Below, piece by piece: positions 1-13,310 of a stretch of DNA of 64,000 nt; position 1 is the first letter of the stretch, and every line of letters starts with the position of its first letter. Source of the DNA: the human T2T-CHM13v2.0 reference genome, Homo sapiens; the NCBI RefSeq assembly GCF_009914755.1, contig NC_060931.1. One strand, given 5' to 3'. The translations under genes and the position numbers were made by a program. Under the pieces are notes generated by a model that was not told the origin of the DNA, did not search any database, and saw only the letters and a list, made by a program, of their open reading frames with translations.

Positions 1-164
1 AGCTGTGGGCCGACCAAGGCCGCCAGGAGATGGGCAGGCGCTGAGTCCAAAGAGGTTGTTGGGAGGCAGCAGTCGGGCCTGGAGACGCAGCCGGGAGGAA
101 GAGCTGGGCCCGGAGAGGACGCCGGGAGGCCGCATGTGGGTCTGGAGAGGCCGACTTGAGGAGG

Positions 165-520
165 CCCGGCCTCTGCCTCCCTCAGGGCGGCCTCTGCAGG
201 CCCAGCTGTTCCTCCTGGCTGCATCTCTCGGCCCAGCTCCTGCCTCCCAGCAGGCAAGCTCTTTTGGCTCAGCTCCCTCCAGCGTTTGTAGACCCCGAAG
301 TTTCTGCAGCCAAGCTCTTCAGGCCCACATCCTGCCTCCCGGTGGCCTGTACAGTCCCAGCTCTGGCAGCAGAAGAGCGTCAGCAGGCCCCGCTGTTGCC
401 TCCCAGGGGCGTCTCCAGGCCCAGCTCTCGCCCCACCACGGCCTCCCGCGGCCAAGTCCCTGCCTGCTCCCGGCAGCCTGCGTACGGCCCTGCTCCTCCC
501 TCACGGTGGCCTGTTGAGGC
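165..520 (-). repeat. Inverted segment of the GC array; left arm of an imperfect inverted repeat with ~889-1172
   Basis: ctccctcacggtggcctgttga (~496-517) is the reverse complement of tcaacaggccaccgtgagggag (~893-914). ORF 5..517(+) and ORF 771..1985(-) share a near-identical peptide. Confidence 0.9.
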
Positions 521-861
521 AGGGGCTCACGCTGACCTCTCTCGGCGTGGGAGGGGCCGGTGTGAGGCAAGGGCTCACGCTGACCTCTCTCGGCGTGGGA
601 GGGGCCGGTGTGAGGCAAGGGGGCTCACGCTGACCTCTCTCGGCGTGGGAGGGGCCGGTGTGAGGCAAGGGGCTCACGCTGACCTCTCTCGGCGTGAGAG
701 GGGCCGGTGTGAGGCAAGGGGCTCACGCTGACCTCTCTCTGCGTGGGAGGGGCCGGTGTGAGCCAAGGGGTCAGTGTGGGAGGGGCCGGTGTGAGGCAAG
801 GGGCTCACGCCGACCTCTCTCAGCGTGGGAGGAGCCAGTGTGAGGCAGGGACTCACGCCTC
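515..861. repeat. Minisatellite, 48-50-bp unit, about 7 copies
   Basis: Unit TGAGGCAAGGG(G)CTCACGCTGACCTCTCTCGGCGTGGGAGGGGCCGGTG starts at 515, 563, 611, 661, 710, 759 (short), 792 and 841 (partial). Confidence 0.95.
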
Positions 862-3800
862 TGCGCAGGGTGCCAGCGGCATGAGTTGGGCATCAACAGG
901 CCACCGTGAGGGAGGAACTGGGCCGCACGCGGGCTGCCGGGAGGCCGCCGTGGGGGCGAGAGCTGGGCCTGGAGAGGCCCCTGGGAGGCAAGAGCGGGAC
1001 CTGCAGAGGCTGTTCTACCGCCAGAGCTGGGCCTGTACAGGCCACCGAGAGGCAGTAGGCGGGCGCGAAGAGCTTGGCTCGAGAAAGTTCGGGGCCTACA
1101 AAGGCGGCTGGGAGCTGGGCAGGAGTTGAGCCCAAAGAGCTTGCTTACTTGCTGGGAGGCAGGGCCGGGCGACGCCGACTTCAGGACGACTTGGGCCTGC
1201 AGAGGTCGCCGGGAGGCCGAAGCTGGGCGTGGAGGAGCCCACCGACCGGAGACCATTTCGGGTCTGGAGACGCCATTGGAGGGCAGGAGCTGATCCTGGA
1301 GGCCACCGTGAGGCCTGACCTGGGCCTGGGGAGCTTGGCTTGAGGAAGCTGTGGGCCGACCAAGGCCGCCAGGAGATGGGCAGGCGCTGAGTCCAAAGAG
1401 GTTGTTGGGAGGCAGCAGTCGGGCCTGGAGACGCAGCCGGGAGGAAGAGCTGGGCCCGGAGAGGACGCCGGGAGGCTGCAAGTGGGTCTTTAGAGGGCGA
1501 CTTGAGGAGGTTCTGGGCCCGGAGAGGCCGCCGGAAGGGAAAAACTGGGCCTGGAAAGGCCGTTTTGAGGAATGAGCCCCATGGGCCTGAAGAGGCCACT
1601 GGCAGGTGGGAGCTGGGCCTGCGGAAGTGGCCGAGAGGCAGGAGTTTTGGACTCGGGAGGCCGCAGTGAGGCGAGAGGTAGCTGGGCGTGGAGAGTCCGC
1701 TGTGAGGCCGATGGTGGGCCTGTGCAGGCCTTTGCGAGGCAGGAGCTGGCCCTGGACAGGCCGACTTGATGACAGTCTGGGCCTGCAGAGGCCGCCGGGA
1801 GGAAGAGCTGGGCCTGGAGAGGCCGACTGGAGGAAGTCCAGAGCCTGAAGAGGATGCAAAGCAGCAAACACTAGGCCTGGAAAGGCTGCCCTGAGGCACG
1901 GGCTTGGCCTACAGAGGCCACTGGGAGGCAGGAGCTGGGCCCGCAGAGGTTCCCGAGAGCGGGGAGCATTGCCCCAGGAGGCCACGGTGAGAAAGAGGTG
2001 GGCCTGGAGAGCCCACTGTGAGGTAGAGGCCGGGCCTGTAGAGGCCGCCGACAGGCAGGGGCTGGGCCCGTTGAGGCCACGAGAGGCATGAGCTGGGCCT
2101 CAACAGGCCAGTGTGAGGCAGGAGCTGACACTTGGGCAGGTTGCAAGAGGCATGAGTTGGGCGAAAAGAGGCCACCGTGAGGGAGGAGTTGGGCCTGTAC
2201 AAGTTGCCGAAAGGCAGGAGCAGCTTTGGACTGGAGAGGCAGCAGACAGGGAAGAGCTGGGCGTGGAGAGTCTGCTGTGAGGCAGAGGCTGGGCCTGTAC
2301 ATGCCCTCGGGAAGCAGGAGGCTGGGCCTGGAGAGGCCGACTTGAGGAAGTTTTGCTCCTGGAAAGGCCACTTAGAGACAAGAGCTGGGTGTGAAGAGGC
2401 TGACTTGAGGTCGATTTTGGCCTACAGAAGCCACCGGTAGCTAGGAGTTGGCCCTGGAGAGGCTGACTTGAGGACAGTTTTGGCCTGTAGAGGCCACTGG
2501 GAGGGAGAGCTTGGTCTGGAGAGGCCAACTGGAGTAAGTTCAGGGCTTGGAGAGGATGCACAAAAGGAAACGCTCAGCCTGGAAAGTGTGCTGTGAGGCA
2601 TTAGCTTGGCCTACACAGCACTTGGAGGCAGGAGCTGGGCCTGCAGAGGGTGACTTCAGGACGATTTTGGCCTGCAGAAGCCTTTGGGAGGAAGAGCTTG
2701 GCCTGGACCGGCTGACTGGAGGAAGTTTTGGGACAGGAGTATGCGTCAAAAAGCAAAAGTTAGGCTAGGAAAGGCCACTTCGCGGCATGATCTTGGCCTA
2801 CAAAGGCAATTGCGAGGCAGAAGCTGGGCCTGTAGAAGCTGCCAAAAGGCAGGAGCTTGGCCTTAGGAGGCTATGCTCAGGCAAGTGGTGGGCCTGGAGG
2901 GTCTACTGTGTGGTAAGAGTCTGGGCCTGTGTAGGCCGACATGAGGCAGAAGCTGAGTTAGGAGAGGCCAACTTTTGGAGAATTTGGGCCTGCAGAGGCT
3001 GCCAGGAGGCAAGAGCTGTGCCTGGAGAGTCTGTCTTTTAGCATGAGCTGGGCCTAAAGAGACCATTGTGAGACAGCAGCTGCCTGGGAGGCAGGCAGAT
3101 TCGTGGCCTGGGGAGGCCACCGTGAGGCAAATGCTCAGTTTTCGGAGGATGCCGTGAGGCAGGGAGAAACTTGGCTTTCGGTGGCCGCAGTAAGGGAATA
3201 GTTTGATTGCTGAGGCTGCTGGGAGGCCGAAGGTGGGCCTGGAAAGCTTTACTTTAAGAACTCTGTGGCCTACAGAGGCTGCCAAGCAGCTCAGCAGGAG
3301 TTGGGCCAAAGGAGGTTGTTGTGAGGCAGGAGACGGGCCTGTAGACGCACTGGGAGGATGAGCTCGTCCTGGAGATGCCGAGTTAAGGACATTCTGGGCC
3401 TGGACAGGCTGCAAAAGGCAAAAGCTGTGCCTGGAAAAGTCACCGTGGGGCATGAGCTTGGCCTAAAGAGGCCATTGCAAGGCAGGAGCTGGGCCCGTAG
3501 AGGCTGCCGAAAGGCAGGAGCTTCGCCTGAGGATGCCACAGTGAGACACCATCTGGGTCTGGAGGGTCCACTGTGAGGCAGAGGCTGGCCTGTAGAGTCC
3601 GACAGTAGACAGAAGTTGGGCAAAAGGCTGATTTGAGGAAGTTTTGGGCTTCAAGAGTCAGCCAGGAGGCAGGCACTAGGCCTGGAAATGGCCCGACAGT
3701 CATGAGTTGGGCCTAAATGGGCCACTGTGAGGGAGGAGCTGTGCCTGTTGAGGCTGCTGGCAGGCAGGCAGAAACTTGGCCTGGGGCAGCCGCCATGAGG

Positions 3801-4877
3801 CAAGAGCTGGGCCTGGAGAAGCCCCTGGGAGGCAAGAGCACGGCCTGCAGAGGCTGTTCTCAAGTCAAAGCTGGGCCTGTTCATGCCACCGGGAAGCAGA
3901 AGGCGGGCCTGGGGAGTTTGACTTGAGGAAGTTTTGGGCCTACATTGGCCGCTGTGAGCTGGACAGGAACTGGGCCAAAAAAGGCTGTTGTGAAGCAGCA
4001 GTTGTGCCTGTAGACTCAGCCCAGAGGAAGAGCTGGGCCTGGAGAAGCCCCCATGAGGCAGAGGTTGGGCCTGTAGATGCTGACAGGAGGCAGGAGCTGG
4101 GCCTGGAGAGGTCAACTTGAGGAGATTTTGGGCCTTCATAGGCCACCAGGAGGCAGCAGTTGGGACTAGAGAGGCTGACTTGAGGAAGTTTTGGGCCTGG
4201 AGATGACGTCCTGGGACAGGAGCTGGGCCTGGAGAGGCCACCGTGAGGCAAGAGCTGGATGTAGACAGGCCAGTGTGAGGCAAGACCTGGGCCTGTCTAG
4301 GCTGCTGGGAGACAGGCAGGAATCTGGCCAGGGAAGGTTGCCATGAGACAAAAGTTGGGCCTGGAAAGGCCCTTGTGAGGCATGAGCTTGGCCTAAAGAG
4401 GCCACTGGGTGGCAGGAGCTGGGTGTGTAGAAGCTGCTGAAAGGTTGGGAGCTTGGCTTGGGTGGTCCACAGTGAGGCAGATGCTGGGCCTGAAGAATCT
4501 GCTGTGAGGCAGATGTTGGGACTGTAGAGGCTGACGGGAGGCAGAGGCTGGGCCTGGAGAGGCTGCCAAGATGCAGGAGCTGGGCCTGGAGAGGCTGCCA
4601 AGAAGCATGAGCTGGGCCTGGTGAGGTCGACTTGAGGAAGTTCAGGGCCTGGAGAGAAGGCTGGGAGGCAGGAGCTGGGTCTAAAGAGGCCATTGTAACG
4701 GTGGAGCTGTGCCTGTGGAGGCTGTTGTGAGGCAGTAGCCTCATCTGCGGAGACTGCCGTGAGGTAGGGTATGGGCCTAAATAGGCCATTGTGAGTCATG
4801 AGCTTGGTCTGCGGAGGCTGACTGGAGAAAGTTCTGGGCCTGGAGAGGCTGCCGGGAGGTAGGAGCTGGGCCAAAAG

Positions 4878-5294
4878 ATTTAAGCACATTACATTTATTA
4901 GGCACTTTATTTCCATTATTACACTGTAATATATAATAAAATAATTATACAACTCACCATAATGTAGAATCAGTGGGCGTGTTAAGCTTGTTTTCCTGCA
5001 ACTGGATGGTCCCACCTGAGCGTGATGGGAGAAAGTGACAGATCAATAGGTTTAGATTCTCATAAGGACAGCGCAACCTAGATCCCTCACATGCACGGTT
5101 CACAACAGGGTGCGTTCTCCTATGAGAATCTAATGCTGCTGCTCATCTGAGAAGGTGGAGCTCAGGCGGGAATGTGAGCAAAGGGGAGTGGCTGTAAATA
5201 CAGACGAAGCTTCCCTCACTCCCTCACTCGACACCACTCACCTCCTGCTGTGTGGCTCCTTACGGCTCCATGGCTCAGGGGTTGGGGACCCCTG
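4878..5294 (+). mobile_element. MER1A (hAT-Charlie), 5'-truncated
   Basis: caccataatgtagaatcagtggg, ttagattctcataagga, ctcctatgagaatctaatgc, terminal ggttggggacccctg. Confidence 0.85.
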
Positions 5295-5716
5295 CTCAAG
5301 TGCATCCAAAACGACCCTTCCCACACCAGTCTTCACAGTGGTCAAGTGCAGCAACCACTTAGCTCCCAAGGCATGTGCCTCAGCTGGCATTTCGTCACAA
5401 TCAACAGTAAGTGGTAGCTTGAGTCATTGTGAGGTCACTTCCTGGAAATCACCAGCATCCCATTTCCCACTGGCAAAGAGCTCAGCACTGCCCCCTGGGA
5501 AACCAAACCTATGCCCAAATCCCATCTGTGTGGGTTTATCTCCTGGGACCCTTCCTAACATATTAGTCAGAGTCCAATCAGGAAGCATAAACCGCTCAAA
5601 AGTTTAAAGTGGTAAAATTTAATACAGAGAATTATTCATTATAACAGGTAAACAGCATAATGAGAGATTGGCTAGCACAAAGTAAAGAGAACTCTAGAGA
5701 ATATAGGACTAGCCCA

Positions 5717-6010
5717 GGCCAGGCATGGTGGCTCATGCCTGAAATTCCAGCAATTTGAGAAGCTAATGCAGGAGGATTGCTTAAGGCCAGGAGCTAGAGA
5801 CCGGTCTGGGCAACACAGTGAGACCCTGTCTCTATCCAAAAAAAGAAAAAAATTAGCTGGGAGTGGTGGTGCACACTTGTAGTCCCAGCTACTCGGAATG
5901 CTGAAGTTTGAGCCTGGGAGGTCAAGGCTGCGGTGAGGCATGATTATGCCACTACAGTCCAGCCTGGTGACAGAGCAAGACCCTGTCTCAAAGAACAAAA
6001 CAACAACAAC
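5717..6010 (+). mobile_element. AluJ-type SINE, possibly recombinant
   Basis: ggccaggcatggtggctcatgcc...ggaggtcaaggctgc, followed by an A/CAA tail. Confidence 0.85.
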
Positions 6011-6596
6011 CATTTACAGACAGAAAAGAAACAGAGCTAATAAGCTAAGGGAAGATGTTGAAATGTGACAAGTAAAGTAATATGAGGTCTTTTATCTATT
6101 TAAAATAATCAAACAAAAAATGACTTACTAAATTATAATACCCTGTGCTGGCAAAGGTGCAGTGAAATGGGCACTTTCTTATACTATGAGGGGTGTTTAA
6201 ATTGTGTATAAGCCTTCCAGGGTAAAGCTTGTCAATTTTTTAAAATAATAGAGACAGGGTCTCACCGTACTGCCATACTGCCTCCTCCAACTCTTGGCCT
6301 CAAGCAATCCTCCTGTCTTAGCCTCCCAAAGTGCTAAGATTATAGCTGGGAGGCACCCAAAACCTTGACCATTTACATCAAGGGTAAGGAGAATGTCTAT
6401 TCACCATGACTCACAGTAATCTTACTTCTGGGGAGACAATTCAATCTCAACAAAAGGTCATCTGTACAAACACAGTAAAAATCTGGGGAGTAACTGAAGA
6501 CAGAGTTGGTAAGTGAAATAAGAAACAGTTATAAGAAATTAAACTATGGTATCAATAGGCACCTGGTAAAAGGTCAGTTGATGTTAGCTGCTACTT

Positions 6597-6892
6597 TTTT
6601 GTTGTTCTGAGACAGGGTCTCACTCTGTCACTGAGGCTGGAGTGCAGAGGCCTGATCATGACTCACTGCAGTCTCAGCCTCCCTGGGCTCAAGTGATCCT
6701 CCCAGCTCAGCCTCCCAAGTAGCTGGGACTACAGGAACATGCCACCACACTAGGCTAATTCATGTATTTTTCTGTAGGGATGGTGACTCCCTTTGTTTCC
6801 AAGGCCTATCGCAAACTCTTGGCCTCAAGCCATCCTCCTGCCTCAGCCTCCCAAAGTGTTGCGATTACCAGTGTGAGCCACCACACCTGGCC
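6597..6892 (-). mobile_element. AluJ-type SINE
   Basis: gagacagggtctcactctgtc...gtgagccaccacacctggcc. Confidence 0.85.
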
Positions 6893-6994
6893 AGCTGCTA
6901 CTTTTATCATTATTATTATTCCACTCAATTAAAAATTATTATTTTCAAGGCTATGCAACAGTATGTATCCTACAGCGTAATTGTAAAAACATAT

Positions 6995-7110
6995 ACCGTC
7001 GTCCCTCAGTATACAGAATTAGTTCCAGCCCCCCATCTCTGCATATACCAAAATCCATGCTTACTCACGTTTTGCTGTCACCCCTCTGGAATCCATGTAT
7101 AGGAAAATTC
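6995..7110 (+). mobile_element. MER2 (Tigger family) fragment; paralog at 28725-28840
   Basis: gtcgtccctcagtat...ttccagcccccc...ataccaaaatccatgc. Confidence 0.6.
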
Positions 7111-7867
7111 CAAATATTAGTTGGGCATAGTGGCAAGCACCTATAGTCTCAGCCACGTGGGAGGTTGAGATGGGAGGATCGCTTCAGCCTGGAAGGTTGA
7201 GGCTGCAGTCAGCTGTGATAGCACTACTACACTCCAGCCTTGGAAAAGAGAGGGAGACCCTGTCTCAGAAAAAAAAAAAAACAAAATAAAACAGGTTAGA
7301 AATTGTAATGAGGTCTGTTGGGCAAAATTCCATATAAGCAAAGTATAAATTAATAAAGCAAATGGTGATAAATTAGTACGATTGACTTTCTGGAGTTTCT
7401 GACAATAAAAGTAAGGAAAATGCAAAACACAAAGACAGAGAGTAAAAAGAGAAATTAGGAAAGCATTCTACATGTTTAATAGGAAGACACTGGCCATGTT
7501 CGTGCAGCGGCAGTATGTCATGATATGACATACCTTGGAGAGAAGTTAACAGATGAGGAAGTTGATAAAAATGATCAGAGAAGCAAAATACTGGTAGCGA
7601 CACTCAAGTAAACCACGAAATTTCCATAACTTATGTCAGCAAAGTGGGAATATTGTACAGTGTGTGTTGAAGTTCCTATACAACATTGTTTATCTGCCTT
7701 TTGTTTGTTTGTAAGGAATGTATATACTAAAAGTTCTTCTTGCTGTCAAAAGAATATGTGTGAATAAGTCATTTTAACTTATGCTTCTGTTTTTCTTTTA
7801 TCTTCCTGCCATCATCCCACAGCCTTACTTTAGAAATTTTTTTTTTAGAAAATTGAACAAGTGCTCC

Positions 7868-8160
7868 TTGTGGTGGCACATACCTCTAGGATGGGAGGCA
7901 GGGGTGGAAGGGTCACTTGAGGCCATGAGTTTGACACCAGCCTGGCTAACAAAGTGAGACCCCATGTCTACAAAACAATTTAAAAATTAGCCAAGTATCG
8001 TCATGTATACCTACAGTCCCAGCTACTCAGGAGGCTCAAGTAGGAGGATCCTTAGCCCAGGAGTTCAAGGCTGCAGTGAGCTGTGATAGCACTACTGTAC
8101 TCAAGCCTGGGTGACAGGGTGAGACCCCATCTCCTAAAATAAAAAACAAAGAAAAAAAAT
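7868..8160 (+). mobile_element. AluJ-type SINE
   Basis: Two-arm Alu with ggagttcaaggctgcagtgagc and an A tail. Confidence 0.8.
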
Positions 8161-8204
8161 AGTTCAAGTAGCAAGTTGTATGTGGCTTACTCTGAATATT
8201 TCTA

Positions 8205-8723
<519 letters not shown>

Positions 8724-9419
8724 TAATATATGTTTTAAAACACTGATTAGACAGGCAACAACACCGGGCAGGGGTCTCCTCATTCCCAGCGACACAAACC
8801 CCACTGCACGGCTGAGGGGTTGCAAGGGCTGCAGAGACAAAAGGCTCTGACTTGAGATGTCATTATTTTACTTGTATTTTTATTTGTATTGTGAGACAGG
8901 TCCTGCTCTGTCACCCAGACTGGAGTGCAGCTGTGCACTTAAAGCTCACTGCAGCCTCGACCTCCTGGGCTCAAGCCATCTTCCTGCCTCAGCTCCCCAG
9001 TAGCTGGTAGTACAGTTGAGTGCCACCATGCCTGGTTATTTTTTTAATTTTTTTTGTAGAGTGAGGGGTCTTGCTATGTTGCCCAAGCTGGCCTCAAACT
9101 CCTGACCTCAAGAGATCTGCCCACTTCAGCCTCCTGAGTAGCTGAAACTACAAGTACACATCACCATGCCTAGCTACATTTATTTCATTTTGAAAAATAT
9201 TTTTGTAAAGAGCAGATCTTGCTGTGTTGTCCAGGCTGGTCTTGAACACCTGCCCTTAAAAGATACTCCCACCTCTGCTTACCAAACAGCTGGGACTACA
9301 GGCATGAGCCACTGCAATGAGCCTGAAGAGATTTCTTTAATCTAGCATCCCATACTTGGTAGGATTGGGAAAGGCAGTAGTGTTTTTTAAAATTACTTAA
9401 TAATTTCAGTAACAATCAA

Positions 9420-10683
<1,264 letters not shown>

Positions 10684-10694
10684 TTCATGTTCAT

Positions 10695-11045
10695 TTCTTC
10701 TTGCTGCTGCAACATAGTTTGCAGTTTCCTACATTTAGTGGCTTAAAACACCACAAATCTACCATCTTACAGTTCTAGGGGCCAGAAACCCAAACTAGGT
10801 CTATTAAGGCTAAAGTCAAGGTGTCAGCAGGGCGGCATTCCTTCTAGAGACTCTAAAGTGTTCCCTTGGCTTTTCTAGCTTCTAGAAGCCACCCCCATTC
10901 CTTGGATCATGGCCCCTGACTCCATCTTCAAAGCCAGAAATGAAGCATCTTCAAATCTCCCTCTCTTACCTCTGCTTTCATCACTACATCTCCTGCTCCA
11001 ATTCTGAATCTCCTACTCTCTTTCTTTTATAAAGACCCTTGTAAT
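10695..11045 (-). mobile_element. MLT1 (MaLR) LTR; paralog at 22980-23336
   Basis: tagtggcttaaaaca...tcttacagttctag...tcaaggtgtcagcaggg...ctagcttctaga...tccatcttcaaagccag. Confidence 0.8.
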
Positions 11046-11577
11046 TGCTGGGCATGGGGGCTCCCACCCAGAATCCCAACACTTTGGGAGGTCAAGGCAG
11101 GAGGAACACTTGAGGCCCGAAGTTTGAAACTAGCATGAACAACATAGTGAGACCCCCGCCTCTAGAAAAAAATAAAAATAAATATTAGCCCAACATGGTG
11201 GTATGCGCCTGTAGTCCCAGCTACTTGAGAGGCTGAGGTGAGACAATCGATTTAGCCCAGGAGTTTGAGATCAGCCTGGATGACATAACTAAATCTCATC
11301 TCTACAAGGATGAGGTGGGATGATCACTTGAGCCCAGGAATTTGTGGCCAGCCTGGGCAACAAAAGAAGACCCCATCTGGCCAACATGGTGAAACTCCGA
11401 CTCTACAAAAATGAGCTGGGCATGGATGACATGCATGTGTAGTCCTAGCTACTTGGGAGGTTGAGATGGGAGGATCGCTTGATCTCAGAAGGCCAAAGCT
11501 ATAGTGAGCTATGATCACATCACTGCACTCCAGCCTGGATGACACAGGGAGATTCTGTCTCAAAAAAAAGAAAAGAA

Positions 11578-13052
11578 ATATATATTTCATCTCTGTCCCT
11601 GGTTCCTGGCACAGAGCTTCTAAAGCTCTTACAAAGACCTCAGTGATAGATGTGACAGGAACATCTTTTGTTTTAGTATTTGGTCTTGGTCCCAGGTTTC
11701 TAACACAAGAGCCTCTAAGAATTTTGGAATCTCCAGCACGGTAAGAATGCATTTGGGGATGTTGTTGAGATGACTGGGTGACTGCAAGCTCCTAGATTTC
11801 TTCAGGAGGAGGGCTGATTGCCAATGGAAGCAACCACATGATTAGACGCTTGGAACTTTCAGCCTCATGCACTCAACTCCAGGAGGAAGAGGGGCTGGAG
11901 ACTGCCTTAATCACTAATGGCCAAAGATTTTATCAATCATGCTTGCATAATAAAGCCTCCATAAACACCCTGAACAGGGTTTGCGGAGCTTCTGGGGTTG
12001 CTGAACACAGGAGATGCTGGGAGGGTGGCATGTTCAACAGAGGGCATGGGAACTCTGTGCCCCTCCTAACTTACCTTGCCCTGGGCATCTTTCTTTTTTT
12101 TGAGATAGGGTCTGGCTCTTTAGTCCAAGCTAGAGTGGAGTGGCACAATCTCAGCTCACTGTAACCTAAGCCTCCCCAGTCCCCAGCTCAAGGTGTCCTC
12201 TCACCTCAGCATCCCTAGTAGTTGGAACTCTAGGTGCACACCACCACACCCGGTTATTATTATTTTTTTGTTTTTTGTAGAGACAGGTTTTCACCATGTT
12301 GCCCAGGCTGGTCTCAAACTCCTCAGTTTAAGCGATGCTCCCACCTTGGCCTCCCAAAGTTCTGAGATTACAGGCGTGAGCCACTGCATCCAGCATGTAC
12401 GTCTCTTTCATTGGCTGTTTCTGAAATGTATCCTTTGCAATGAACCAGCAATAGGAGATGAACTGGCCAGATGTGGTGGCTGACATCTGTAATCCTAGCA
12501 CTTTAAGAGGCAGAGGTGGGAGGATCACTTGAGACCAGGAATTTGTGGCCAGCCTGGGCAACACAACAAGACCCCATCTATACAAAAAATAAATTAGCCA
12601 GATGTGGTGGTGCAGGCATGTAGTCTCAGCTACTAGGGAGGATGAGGTGGGAGAACCACTGGAGCCCAGGCAGTCAAGCCTGCAGTGAGCTATGACTGCA
12701 CCATTGCACACCAGCCTGGGCAAAAAAATAAGACCCTCTCTCTCAGAAAAAAAGAAAATAAACTGTTCTTCTGAGTTCTGTAAACTGTTCTAGCAAATAA
12801 TTAAACCCAAGAATGGAGTTATGGGAACCCCCGATTTGTAACAGGTTGGTCAAAAGTACAGGTGACAACCTAGGACTTGCCATTGGCATCTGAAGTGAGG
12901 ATGGTCTCGTGGGACTGAGCCCCTAACTTGTGGGGTCTGTGCTAACTCCAGGCAGTGTCAGAATAAAATCATGGGATACCCAGTTAATATCCAGAGCACT
13001 GGAGAATTTGGTGTAGAAACTCCATACATACATTCAGTCGGAAGTGTGTGAG
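11578..13052 (+). mobile_element. MER21-family LTR interrupted by Alus (12090-12393, 12464-12757)
   Basis: ggttcctggcacagagc, ggaactttcagcc, atcaatcatgc, tgagttctgt, ttggcatctgaagtg, gtgggactgagcccctaac. Confidence 0.8.
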
Positions 13053-13109
13053 CAGAGACAGACACGGGCTTTTCTTTCACCTGTCTACCTGCTTAACTGC
13101 ATAGGAGAG

Positions 13110-13310
13110 GCAATACGTGGTGCTCATGAACAAAGCAAGCATTAAAGTCAGACCAGACATTCGACTCAGTCTTAATATCCAGGTGAGCTTGGGCAAATCA
13201 CTCATTATTGCTAAGTCTTCATCACTTCATTCGTAAAATGGGGATAACTGTGGCACCTACCTGTGATTCTGTGAGAATTAACGAAATATTATGCTTGGTG
13301 TTATTGTGAT
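13110..13310 (+). mobile_element. MIR; paralog at 25145-25340
   Basis: ttgggcaaatcact...gtaaaatggggataa...tgtgagaattaa. Confidence 0.7.

Larger units (their letters stand above)
1..1700. promoter_or_regulatory. CpG-island-like segment
   Basis: High GC with abundant CpG (gccgccggg, cgcgg). CpG thins out after ~2 kb. Observed/expected ratio not computed. Confidence 0.5.
1..4877. repeat. GC-rich degenerate tandem array, ~31-bp monomer (consensus near GGCAGGAGCTGGGCCTGGAGAGGCCGCCGGGA) with higher-order blocks
   Basis: gagctgggcctg(g/c/t)agaggc recurs about every 31 bp. The + strand is G-rich except 165-520. Minus-strand ORFs cycle QAQLLP / RPSSC / SPGPAPAS motifs. Confidence 0.9.

Noticed and set aside
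515-861. CRISPR-like array
   Set aside because: Units are contiguous with no unique spacers, there are no cas genes, and the context is primate.
3651-5015. 454-aa ORF and the other long ORFs in 1-5015 as real genes
   Set aside because: It starts inside MER1A and runs through the tandem array. ORFs overlap in several frames, the motifs are frame rotations of one monomer, and no domain is recognisable.
5155-5607. 150-aa ORF
   Set aside because: It begins in MER1A, the paralogous sequence is interrupted by an AluY, and no homology is recognised.
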